Part shown: positions 27,225-35,511 of the stretch, piece by piece
How the letters are laid out: each line of letters starts with the position of its first letter
Position numbering within the stretch: position 1 is the stretch's first letter
Assembly: GCA_046292385.1 (NCBI GenBank)
Contig: JBKBRF010000054.1
Location: 1 to 41,797, forward strand
Direction of reading: 5' to 3'
Source of the DNA: Armatimonadota bacterium
GTDB taxonomy: Bacteria > Armatimonadota > SYMT01
Length of the DNA: 41,797 nucleotides
The notes under the pieces: generated by a model
The model's database searches: none
What the model was told of the DNA's origin: nothing
Seen by the model: only the letters and a program-made list of their open reading frames with translations
Position numbers and translations under genes: made by a program

Positions 27225-28232
27225 ATGCCCCAGCTTTCTCTCCTCATCCCGATCCGCAACGCCGAGGCGACTGTTGACCAGGCGCTCGGCTCCATCTCCG
27301 CGCAGACGTTCCGAGACTGGGAGGCGATCCTCGTCGACGACGGCTCCCGCGACGACACCCGCCGCCTGCTGCGCGCCTGGGTGCGGCGCGACCCCCGGAT
27401 GCGCCTGGTGACCCACGTGGAGCCGCGCGGCATCGTCGAGTCGCTCCAGCACGCGCTCTCGCTCGCCGCGGCGCCGCTGCTGGGGCGGATGGATGCGGAC
27501 GACGTCTCTCTGCCGCGGCGGCTGGAGCGCCAGGTGGCGCGGATCGCCGAGGGGGACGTAGCAGCGGTCGGCTGCCGCGTTCGCTATTTCCCGGATGAGA
27601 CGGTGGCGGGCGGCGCCCGGCGCTACGAGACGTGGCTCAACTCCCTCACCACGCCGGAGGAGCACGACCGGGATATCTTCATCGAGTGTCCCCTCGCCCA
27701 CCCGACGCTCGTAGCACAGGCCGGCGCCGTGCGGGAGGTCGGCGGCTACCGGGACCCCGGCTGGCCGGAGGATTACGACCTGCTCCTGCGGCTCTGGGCC
27801 GCCGGCTACCGGATGGCGAAGGTGCCGGAGGTGGCGCTTCTCTGGCGGGAAGGCTCGCGCCGCAGCTCCCGCCAGCAGCCGCAGTACTCGCCGGAGGCCT
27901 TCCTGCGCTGCAAGGCCCATTACCTCGCCCGCACCCACCTGGCAGAGGGCCGGAAGCCGCTCATCTTCGGGGCGGGGCCGGTGGGGAAGTCGATCGCCCG
28001 CGCGCTGGAGGCGGAGGGCATTTCACCGACTGCGTTCGTCGACATCGATCCACGGAAGGTGGGTCATCACCTGTACGGGGTGCCGGTGCTCGGCCACCCG
28101 GAGGCGCTGCCGCTGCGCGGCGAGGCGTACGGCCTGGTGGCGCTGGGGCAACCGGGCCAGCGGGAGGTGCTGCGGCGCGTCCTGCTCGCCGCCGGCTGGA
28201 GAGAGGGGCCCGACTTCCGCTGCGTCGCCTGA
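27225..28232 (+). CDS. glycosyltransferase family 2 with C-terminal Rossmann-like domain
   Basis: VDDGSRD, RMDADD, EDYDL; IFGAGPVG. Confidence 0.92.
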   Translation: MPQLSLLIPIRNAEATVDQALGSISAQTFRDWEAILVDDGSRDDTRRLLRAWVRRDPRMRLVTHVEPRGIVESLQHALSLAAAPLLGRMDADDVSLPRRLERQVARIAEGDVAAVGCRVRYFPDETVAGGARRYETWLNSLTTPEEHDRDIFIECPLAHPTLVAQAGAVREVGGYRDPGWPEDYDLLLRLWAAGYRMAKVPEVALLWREGSRRSSRQQPQYSPEAFLRCKAHYLARTHLAEGRKPLIFGAGPVGKSIARALEAEGISPTAFVDIDPRKVGHHLYGVPVLGHPEALPLRGEAYGLVALGQPGQREVLRRVLLAAGWREGPDFRCVA

Positions 28233-28317
28233 TCCACTGGCCGCCGTACAGCGACAGGGGCCGGCACCGCCGGCCCCCGCGGATCGATCCGCCGGCACTC
28301 AACACGGCGCCGGACCG

Positions 28318-28509
28318 CTACCGCAGCACGCGCTCCTGTCTGCCGCCGGAGCTCGGCGCCGGCGGCGTGACCGGCCTCGGATCCGGCTCCTCCCGCGCGT
28401 GGCCCCGGTCGCGCGGATCGGCCTCGCGCCGGGACGTCACCGTCCGCCGCTCCTCCTCGGGCTCGTGCACGCCGAAGAAGTCCAGGAAGTAGCCCCAGAA
28501 TGCTCCCAT
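28318..28509 (-). CDS. small protein (63 aa): N-terminal amphipathic helix plus disordered tail
   Basis: RBS GAGGAG before ATG 28509; MGAFWGYFLDFFGVHEPEEE. Confidence 0.6.
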   Translation of the reverse strand: MGAFWGYFLDFFGVHEPEEERRTVTSRREADPRDRGHAREEPDPRPVTPPAPSSGGRQERVLR

Positions 28510-28729
28510 GATCCTGCTCCTCACAACCTCCGGTGGACCTATTTCCGGCGCTCCGGCTCCGAAAACGTGGCGGCTGCTCGGCCGCTCAACGCTAAGTCAC
28601 CCGGATTATCGGTCAGGTTCCCTGAGAACGCAGTGAACCGCGTCACATGGGGTATTCCGTACGAGAGTCTCTGTGGGAGCCCTCATTTAGCAGGGGGGTG
28701 GGGGAGACAAATGATCGATCCGCCGCGGC

Positions 28730-30613
28730 TCACCCCCGGATCCGGGAGCCCAGCCGCCGGGCCTGGTCGCGCAGCGCCGTCCGCACCCGAATGCTGCGCT
28801 TCCGCTTGCCGCTCTCGGCCAGGCGGCGCTGGTGGGCGGCCAGCAGGTCGCTGCGCGTGATCATGCCGATTACCACGTCCGGCTCGGTGCGGGAGACGAC
28901 CGGGAGCCGCCCTACCCGCTCCGCCACCATGTGGTCTGCCGCCTGCCGCAGCGTCTGGTCCTCATAGACCACCGCGGCCGGGCGGTGGATCAACTCCCCG
29001 ACCGAGCCGCGGGAGACAGCGCCGGCTCGCAGCAGGTCGCGCCGGGTGACGACCCCCAGCAGCTTTCCGCCCTCGCCGAGCACGGGGTATCCCTGGTGCC
29101 GCCACGCGTCTGCCTCCGTATTGAGACGCGCCAGGACCCCTTCCACCGGCTCATCGGCGGAGAGCGAGACGACCGGCCGCGAGGCGGCGTCCCGCACCAG
29201 AACCTGGTCGAGGAAGTCGGCGGCGTACTCCGAAGGAACGCGCACGCCCCGCCGGGCGATCTTCTCCGTCATGATCGTGTGCCGCATCATGAGGCTGGAG
29301 ATCAGGTACGCCGCGGTGCAGCCGCCGAGCAGCGGCAGCAGCCCGGCCGGCTGGAGCGTGGTCTCGAACGCGAACACCACCGAGGCGAGCAGCGCGCGGG
29401 AGGCGCCGGCGAAGACCGCCGCCATCCCGACCAGCGCGGCGATCCGCGCGTCGACCCCCAGCCCGGGGAGCGCTGCCGCCACCAGTCCGCCCGCGACGGA
29501 ACCCAGCCCGCCGCCGATGGTGAAGAGGGGCGCGAGCGTACCGCCGGAGGTGCCGCTCCCCAGGTAGATCGACCAGGAGACCAGCTTCATCAGGCAGAGG
29601 AACAGCGCAGCCTGGCCCACCAGCTCTCCGGAAACGAACTGCTCGATGTTGTCGTACCCCACTCCCAGGGTCCGCGGCGCGAAATAGCCGACCACTCCCA
29701 CCGCGATCGCTCCCAGTGCCGGCCACCACATCCAGTGGACCGGCAGGCGCTCGAAAGCGTCCTCGATCCCGTACACCAGGCGGGTCACGTAGACCGCCAC
29801 CACGCCCATCAGCGCCCCGAGCAGGACATAAGTTGCCAGCGCCCCGCCGCCCGGCCAGGCCACTTCCGGCATCGGGAACACCGGGGCGGGCCCCTCGAAC
29901 GAGAGGCGCACTCCGGTGGCCGTGGCGCTGGCGAGCGCCACCGGGATGATGGAGCGCGGCCGGAACTCGAAGAGAAGCAGCTCCACCGCCAGAAGGACCG
30001 CGGAGATGGGGCTGCCAAACGTCGCCGCCATGCCGGCCGCGGCACCGGCGGCCAGGAGCGTCTTCCGCTCCACCGCCGTGGTGCGGAGCAGCTGCCCTAC
30101 GAAGGAGCCGAGCGCGCCGCCGGTGGCGATGATCGGGCCCTCCGCCCCGAACGGCCCGCCGGTTCCGATCGCGATGGCGGCGGAGAGCGGCTTCAGAAAG
30201 GTGATGCGCGGAGGAATGCGGCTCTCATTCAGCAGTACCTGCTCCATCGCCTCCGGGATACCATGTCCACGGATCGCCCGGGAGCCGTACCGGGCCATCA
30301 AACCCACCATCAGCGCGCCGAGGACCGGCACCACGAGCACCAGCGCCCCCAGCTGGTTCTCCGCCGGCATCCGGAACACGGTGGAGAGCCGCCCGTAGAA
30401 CGCCAGGTTGGTCACCACTGCAATCAGCGCGGTCAGGAGCTGCGCCGCCAGCGCCGCCCCGACGGCGACGGCAACGGCTACCGCGCCGATCTTGACGATG
30501 CGGAGATCGACCGGCGTGGTGTCCTGCGGCACCCGGGCGGCGAGGCGGGCCGGCTCCATGGAAGGGGCGACCGGCAGCCCGCCGGCAGGCGAAACGGAGT
30601 CGGATTGAGACAT
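28730..30613 (-). CDS. CLC-family chloride channel/transporter with two CBS domains
   Basis: GHGIPE, GAEGP and GGTLAPL signature positions; multiple TMs; C-terminal CBS pair. Confidence 0.93.
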   Translation of the reverse strand: MSQSDSVSPAGGLPVAPSMEPARLAARVPQDTTPVDLRIVKIGAVAVAVAVGAALAAQLLTALIAVVTNLAFYGRLSTVFRMPAENQLGALVLVVPVLGALMVGLMARYGSRAIRGHGIPEAMEQVLLNESRIPPRITFLKPLSAAIAIGTGGPFGAEGPIIATGGALGSFVGQLLRTTAVERKTLLAAGAAAGMAATFGSPISAVLLAVELLLFEFRPRSIIPVALASATATGVRLSFEGPAPVFPMPEVAWPGGGALATYVLLGALMGVVAVYVTRLVYGIEDAFERLPVHWMWWPALGAIAVGVVGYFAPRTLGVGYDNIEQFVSGELVGQAALFLCLMKLVSWSIYLGSGTSGGTLAPLFTIGGGLGSVAGGLVAAALPGLGVDARIAALVGMAAVFAGASRALLASVVFAFETTLQPAGLLPLLGGCTAAYLISSLMMRHTIMTEKIARRGVRVPSEYAADFLDQVLVRDAASRPVVSLSADEPVEGVLARLNTEADAWRHQGYPVLGEGGKLLGVVTRRDLLRAGAVSRGSVGELIHRPAAVVYEDQTLRQAADHMVAERVGRLPVVSRTEPDVVIGMITRSDLLAAHQRRLAESGKRKRSIRVRTALRDQARRLGSRIRG

Positions 30614-30672
30614 GGTACTTCGGAACGGCGGACGGTAAACCGGCTCGACGCGCGGCTGGCGGCGGGCACGTT

Positions 30673-30689
30673 ATATCGCGATACGATAT
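30673..30689. promoter_or_regulatory. palindromic MarR operator candidate
   Basis: ATATCG-N5-CGATAT between divergent clc and marR, 4 nt before the marR start. Confidence 0.65.
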
Positions 30690-30693
30690 TTCT

Positions 30694-31149
30694 GTGAACA
30701 CCCCCACCCCCTCTGTCTCTCGCTCCCGGAAGCTGGAAAAGGCGGATTACGAGGCGCTCGCCGCCTTCCGCCGCGCGCTGCGACGCTTCCTCCACCACTC
30801 CGATGAAGGCGCTCGCCAGGCCGGTGTGACGCCGCAGCAGCATCAACTCCTGCTCGCGATCAAGGGTCAGCGCGGGCGCGACTGGGCCTCGATCACCGAT
30901 CTCGCCGACGCGCTGCAGGTCCGGCACCACGCTGCGGTAGGGCTGGTAGACCGGAGTGAGCGGAGCGGCCTGGTCCGGCGCACTACCGATCCGGAGGATG
31001 GGAGGCAGGTGCGCGTGGTGCTCACGGAGGCAGGGGAGGAGGTCCTGGACCACCTTTCGCAGTGGAACCGCCAGGAGCTGGCCACCCTGCGGCGGGCGCT
31101 CGACCTCTCGTTCCTGGAAGAAGAGCTGGCGGACCCCGTCTCCGACTGA
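30694..31149 (+). CDS. MarR family transcriptional regulator
   Basis: GVTPQQHQLLL..LADALQVRHHAAVGLVDR..GLVRR..DGRQVRVVLT wHTH. Confidence 0.93.
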   Translation: MNTPTPSVSRSRKLEKADYEALAAFRRALRRFLHHSDEGARQAGVTPQQHQLLLAIKGQRGRDWASITDLADALQVRHHAAVGLVDRSERSGLVRRTTDPEDGRQVRVVLTEAGEEVLDHLSQWNRQELATLRRALDLSFLEEELADPVSD

Positions 31150-31164
31150 ATCGGAGACGGCCCC

Positions 31165-32097
31165 TTACTCTTCCCGGTGGAAGACTTCCATCCGGGCGAG
31201 GTCGCGAGCAATGCGGGTCTGGGGGAAGATCTCCCGGGCCTGCTCCAGGAGGCGGGTGACGTCGGTATAGCGCGGGGAGAGGTGGGTGATCGCCAACTCC
31301 CGCACCCCCGCCTCCAGCGCCACGTGGGCGGCGTCGGCGACGGTGGAGTGGCCCTTGCGATGGGCGTCCCGGCCCATCTCCGCGTCGAAGGTGCCCTCGT
31401 AGATCAGCAGGTCGGCGCCGCGGGCCAGCTCCACCGCGGCGGGGCAGGGGCGGGTATCGGTGCAGTAGGCCACCACCGCGCCGGGACGCGGCGGCCCGAG
31501 CACCTGGTCCGGCGTGACGGTGCGGCCGTCCGGCAGCGAGACCGGCTCTCCGCGCTGAAGACGCCCGAACAGCGGGCCCGGCGGGATCCCGAACTCCCTG
31601 GCGGCGTCGAGGTCGAAGCGGCCGGGCCGCGCCGCCTCCTCCAGGCGGAAGCCGAGGCAGAGCAGCCGGTGGTCGAGCGGCGCGGCGGTGAGCCGGTAAG
31701 CCCCCGCGTCCCGGAAGAGCCCGCCGTGCTCCTGCTCGTGGATGCGAAGCCGGTAGCCGAACCCGGTGTGGAGCGCGCGCTGGTTGCAGCGGACGTACTC
31801 CCCGAGTCCCGGAGGGCCGTAGAGGTCGAGCGGCTCGGAGCGGTCCGCCATCTGCAGCGACATCAGCAGTCCCATCAGCCCGGTGACGTGGTCGCCGTGC
31901 AGATGCGAGATCGCGATCGCCTGGAGCGGCGCCATGCCGAGGCCGGCGCGCCGGTACTGGATCTGCGCCGCCTCGCCGCAGTCGAACAGGAACAGCTCGC
32001 CCCCGCGCTGGACCGCCACACAGGCCAGGTTGCGATCGAGCGACGGGACGCCGCTCCCGGTGCCGAGAAAGGTGATGGTAAACGCCGGCGCTGACAC
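31165..32097 (-). CDS. rnz: ribonuclease Z
   Basis: FLGTGSGVP, DCGE, SHLHGDH, exosite GIPPGP, DTRPC, HST, THLSPRY. Confidence 0.96.
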   Translation of the reverse strand: MSAPAFTITFLGTGSGVPSLDRNLACVAVQRGGELFLFDCGEAAQIQYRRAGLGMAPLQAIAISHLHGDHVTGLMGLLMSLQMADRSEPLDLYGPPGLGEYVRCNQRALHTGFGYRLRIHEQEHGGLFRDAGAYRLTAAPLDHRLLCLGFRLEEAARPGRFDLDAAREFGIPPGPLFGRLQRGEPVSLPDGRTVTPDQVLGPPRPGAVVAYCTDTRPCPAAVELARGADLLIYEGTFDAEMGRDAHRKGHSTVADAAHVALEAGVRELAITHLSPRYTDVTRLLEQAREIFPQTRIARDLARMEVFHREE

Positions 32098-32166
32098 ACT
32101 GCACTCCCGAGACGCCCTCCGGCCGGCCCGGCCGGGAAGCTCTCTCCGAAAAACCTCCCCATAATA

Positions 32167-32257
32167 GCAGACAAGATGGAAGAAGAGAGAGGGGAGAAGA
32201 AAGAGTACGCGCGGTCGGGGATCTCCCTTCTTTCTTCTCTCTTCTTTCCTCTCTGCA
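32167..32257. repeat. intergenic element D: purine heptamer arm (AGAGAAG/AAAGAAG) with inverted pyrimidine arm; CCGACC core on minus strand
   Basis: gaagaagagagaggggagaagaaagag ... ggtcgg ... cttctttcttctctcttctttcctctct. Confidence 0.7.
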
Positions 32258-32312
32258 CTTGCTGGCGTATACTCCGGATAGGACGCCCTGCCTGTGCCGT
32301 CCGCTCCCGACT

Positions 32313-32675
32313 ATGCCTGAGAGCGACCCCTTCAACATCCTGGGCGACGAGCCGGAGGTTCCGCCCAGCTTTGATGAAGCGGTGCGGGCGGCGGTCGCGC
32401 GCTTGCAAGAGGCGGCCGAGCGCTTCGAGCCGCTCTACGCGGAGACCCCGGAGGAGTGGTTCTCCGACCCGGAGTGGCAGGTGATCGAGCGGTCCGCCGA
32501 AGAGCTGGTGGAGGCGATCGAGAAGGCGGAGGATGCCTACGTGGCGGTGATGTACGACAGCCACGCCTGGTACCGCATCCTGGAGAACCTGGAGGCTGTC
32601 CGCCTGCGGCTGGAGTCGGCCACCGGGATCATCCGCAGCGTTCGCGACCGTCACGCCGCACCCGGCGCCGGCTAA
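32313..32675 (+). CDS. hypothetical acidic alpha-helical protein
   Basis: Strong GC3 codon bias; helical bundle-like sequence. Confidence 0.7.
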   Translation: MPESDPFNILGDEPEVPPSFDEAVRAAVARLQEAAERFEPLYAETPEEWFSDPEWQVIERSAEELVEAIEKAEDAYVAVMYDSHAWYRILENLEAVRLRLESATGIIRSVRDRHAAPGAG

Positions 32676-32796
32676 GAGCCGAGCCGGACCAGCATTAGAA
32701 CTGAGGGAGCGGGTAGCCGGACCCCGGTTTGCCCTGCTCTCCCGCACCCAAAGGAGGACGGGCCCGGGCCTTTTCCGGCCCCCGCCGGCCCCGCTC

Positions 32797-35505
32797 ATGA
32801 CGTTCCGCCACGTTACCCTCACCGCCTGTTTTCTGCTCCTTGGCCTCCATCTCGCGCCCGCGGCGGCGCAGACGCCGGAAGAGCGCGCGCCGGCCGAGCG
32901 CCGCGCCCCGGGAGAGCGCCGCGCGCGCGACCCCAACCGGGCGACGAGGGAGCCTCGCCCCGATCCGGCGCAGCCCGGAGTGACGCCGAGCGAGGAGCGC
33001 CGCCCGGGCGGAGGGCGGCGCGCGCGGACGCAGCCGGCCGGCACGGCGGTCGAAAGCCCGGCGACCCCGAAGGAGGAAGGAGGAGAGAGAGGATCCGCCG
33101 GGACCACCGGGACTGGAAGCGGCGGTGCCGCCCCCACAACTCCCTCCCCCGCACCCGCGCCGGCCCCGGGCGGGACCGGCACGGAGCCGGCCCCGAGTCC
33201 CGACACCCCCGTGACCCCGGGAGAGACTCCGGCGACGCCGGCGGAGTCGCCGTCGGTGGGCGGCACCGAGCCGGGAGCCCCAGCGGCGCAGGATGGGACG
33301 GCGGGCGAGCCCTCGCCGGGAGCGGAGGCCGCCGCTCCGGTTGCGCCGCCCGCTAACGGCGCCGAGAGAGCGCCCGCCGAGCCGCCGCGGGACCGCAGCG
33401 AGCTGCCCCAGGCACGTACGGAGCCACGGCGCGCCGCGGGCCCGACCGCCGCGGCGGACGGGGATCCGCTGACAGCGACCCGACCGGCGACGAGCCCGGC
33501 GTCCGAGGCACGCGGCCGGCCCTGGCCGCTGATTACGCAGAGGCGGGCGTGGGAGCAGATGTTCGAGCGCATGCCGCCCGGCTTCGACGGCGCCACTCCC
33601 GCCCGCGCCTATCGCGACGCGCTCGCGGTCTTCCAGCGCGTCTCCACGGAGCCGTCGGTGGTCGGACGCTGGCTGGAAGCGGTGGGCGCGGGCGTTCTGG
33701 CCGGGGTGGTCGCCCTGGTTCTCTTCGTACTTGCAGGCCTGGTGGTCGAGCGGCGGCGGCCGCCCCGGTGGCGGCGGCTCTGGAGCCGCGCGCGCGCCGC
33801 CGGCGGCAGCAGCGGCCTCTCCCGGCTGCTGATCGCGGTAGCCCGCCGGGCGCTGGTTCCGGCCTCCGCATGGCTCGTCTGGAACGTGGGCGGGCTGCTG
33901 GCGGGGGAAGCCGGTCGCGCCTTCCTGCTGGTTCAGCAGCTCCTGACCGTCTGGCTGCTCTATCGCGTGAGCGACGCCGTGCTCCACCGTCTCATCCTGG
34001 GCGGAAGGCGGCGGGAAGGAGCCACCGGGCTCTTTGCGCCGCTTCACCGCCTGCTCGTCTTCGCCGCCTGGTGGTTGGCCGGCTGGCTGGCGATGGACGC
34101 CACCGCCTACCGGGAAGACGTGCGCGCGCTGTGGGTTACGCTGGGTCACCTGATCCTGGTGCTCGGCGTCTTCGGGGTGCTGGCTCGCAGAGAGCAGGTG
34201 CTGGCGCTGCTGCCGCGGCTGACGAACCGCCCGTATCAGCGGTTCCTCGGGTTCGTTACCACCGCCTACCTGCCGATCGTCTACGCGTCGCTCGTGGTGG
34301 CGCTGCTCTGGGTGGCGGGTTACCAGCGTCTCGCGGAGACGTTCCTGGGCCGCGGCTGGGCGGTGCTGGGAGCGGTACTGGTGGCGTTCATCGGGCTCCA
34401 CGTGGCGCAGGAAGTGGCGCTGCGGCGGCTCTGGGAGGATCCGCAGCGCCAGGAGGCGCGCGAGGCGCTGCTCACCTGGACCGAGCGCCTGTTGACGCTC
34501 GTGGTGATCGCCATGGTGCTCACCTTCAGCCTCCACGTGCTGGGGTTGTGGGAGCCGTGGCGCTACCTGCTGGATCTGACCTGGATCGAGCTGGGCAAGA
34601 TCCGGATTCTAGGCCGGGCGATCTGGGCGAGCCTCTGGATCGGAGTGCTCGCGGTGCTCCTTTCCGGGTGGCTGCAGGCGCTGCTGGCGTTCCGGGTCTA
34701 TCCGCGGGTCGGGGTCGACCTGGGAGAGGCCTACGCGCTCAACCGGCTGCTGCACTACGCGGTGATGGCCGGGATGATCCTGCTGATCCTGAACAACCTC
34801 GGCCTTTCGCCGGAGAGCCTGGCGCTGGTGGCGGGCGGGCTTAGCGTCGGCATCGGGCTGGGCCTGCAGGACCTGGCCGGCAATCTCGCCAGCGGCCTGA
34901 TCCTGCTCAGCAGCCGGCAGATCCGGCAGGGCGACGTGATCACCATCGGCGAGCACACCGGCAAGGTGAAGGAGGTGAACCTGCGCTCCACGCTGGTTAC
35001 CAACTGGGACAACGTCGACGTGCTGGTGCCCAACTCCAAGCTGCTGGGTGACACGCTGGTGAACTGGACCCACAGCGACTCCGTGATTCGCGCCATCATT
35101 CCGTTCGGAGTCGCCTACTCCGCGAACCCAAGAGAGGTGCAGGAGCTGGCGCTGCAGATCGCGCGGGAACATCCCTCCGTGCTGGCGTCCCCGGAGCCCC
35201 AGGTCTGGTTCGAGGCGATGGGCGCCAGCTCGCTCGAGTTCAAGCTGCTGTTCTGGATCAACATGGCGGAGACCGCCAAGCCGGTGGTCGTGACCGATCT
35301 GCAGTGCCGGCTGCTGGAAGAGCTGCGGGCCCGGGAGATCGAGATACCGTACCCGCAGCAGGACCTCCACCTGCGGAGCGGCGTACCGTGGGACGAGCTG
35401 ATCCGGGCTCTCGGCAGCCGCGACGGATCCGCCGCCTCGCCGGCCGGCGGGAACGGACAGACCTCTGGTAAGGCGGCCCGAACCGAAGAAAGCGCGACCG
35501 GATAA
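32797..35505 (+). CDS. MscS-family mechanosensitive channel (MscK-like) with long low-complexity N-terminal region
   Basis: GGLSVGIGLGLQDLAGNLASGLILL, GDVI, VPNS, FGVAY, IPYPQQDLHLR. Confidence 0.92.
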   Translation: MTFRHVTLTACFLLLGLHLAPAAAQTPEERAPAERRAPGERRARDPNRATREPRPDPAQPGVTPSEERRPGGGRRARTQPAGTAVESPATPKEEGGERGSAGTTGTGSGGAAPTTPSPAPAPAPGGTGTEPAPSPDTPVTPGETPATPAESPSVGGTEPGAPAAQDGTAGEPSPGAEAAAPVAPPANGAERAPAEPPRDRSELPQARTEPRRAAGPTAAADGDPLTATRPATSPASEARGRPWPLITQRRAWEQMFERMPPGFDGATPARAYRDALAVFQRVSTEPSVVGRWLEAVGAGVLAGVVALVLFVLAGLVVERRRPPRWRRLWSRARAAGGSSGLSRLLIAVARRALVPASAWLVWNVGGLLAGEAGRAFLLVQQLLTVWLLYRVSDAVLHRLILGGRRREGATGLFAPLHRLLVFAAWWLAGWLAMDATAYREDVRALWVTLGHLILVLGVFGVLARREQVLALLPRLTNRPYQRFLGFVTTAYLPIVYASLVVALLWVAGYQRLAETFLGRGWAVLGAVLVAFIGLHVAQEVALRRLWEDPQRQEAREALLTWTERLLTLVVIAMVLTFSLHVLGLWEPWRYLLDLTWIELGKIRILGRAIWASLWIGVLAVLLSGWLQALLAFRVYPRVGVDLGEAYALNRLLHYAVMAGMILLILNNLGLSPESLALVAGGLSVGIGLGLQDLAGNLASGLILLSSRQIRQGDVITIGEHTGKVKEVNLRSTLVTNWDNVDVLVPNSKLLGDTLVNWTHSDSVIRAIIPFGVAYSANPREVQELALQIAREHPSVLASPEPQVWFEAMGASSLEFKLLFWINMAETAKPVVVTDLQCRLLEELRAREIEIPYPQQDLHLRSGVPWDELIRALGSRDGSAASPAGGNGQTSGKAARTEESATG

Positions 35506-35511
35506 GCCGGG

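Noticed and set aside
28730..30693. Fluoride exporter with crcB riboswitch
   Set aside because: Lacks CLC-F motifs (GNNLI/GREGT); the short upstream region holds a MarR-type palindrome, not a fluoride riboswitch
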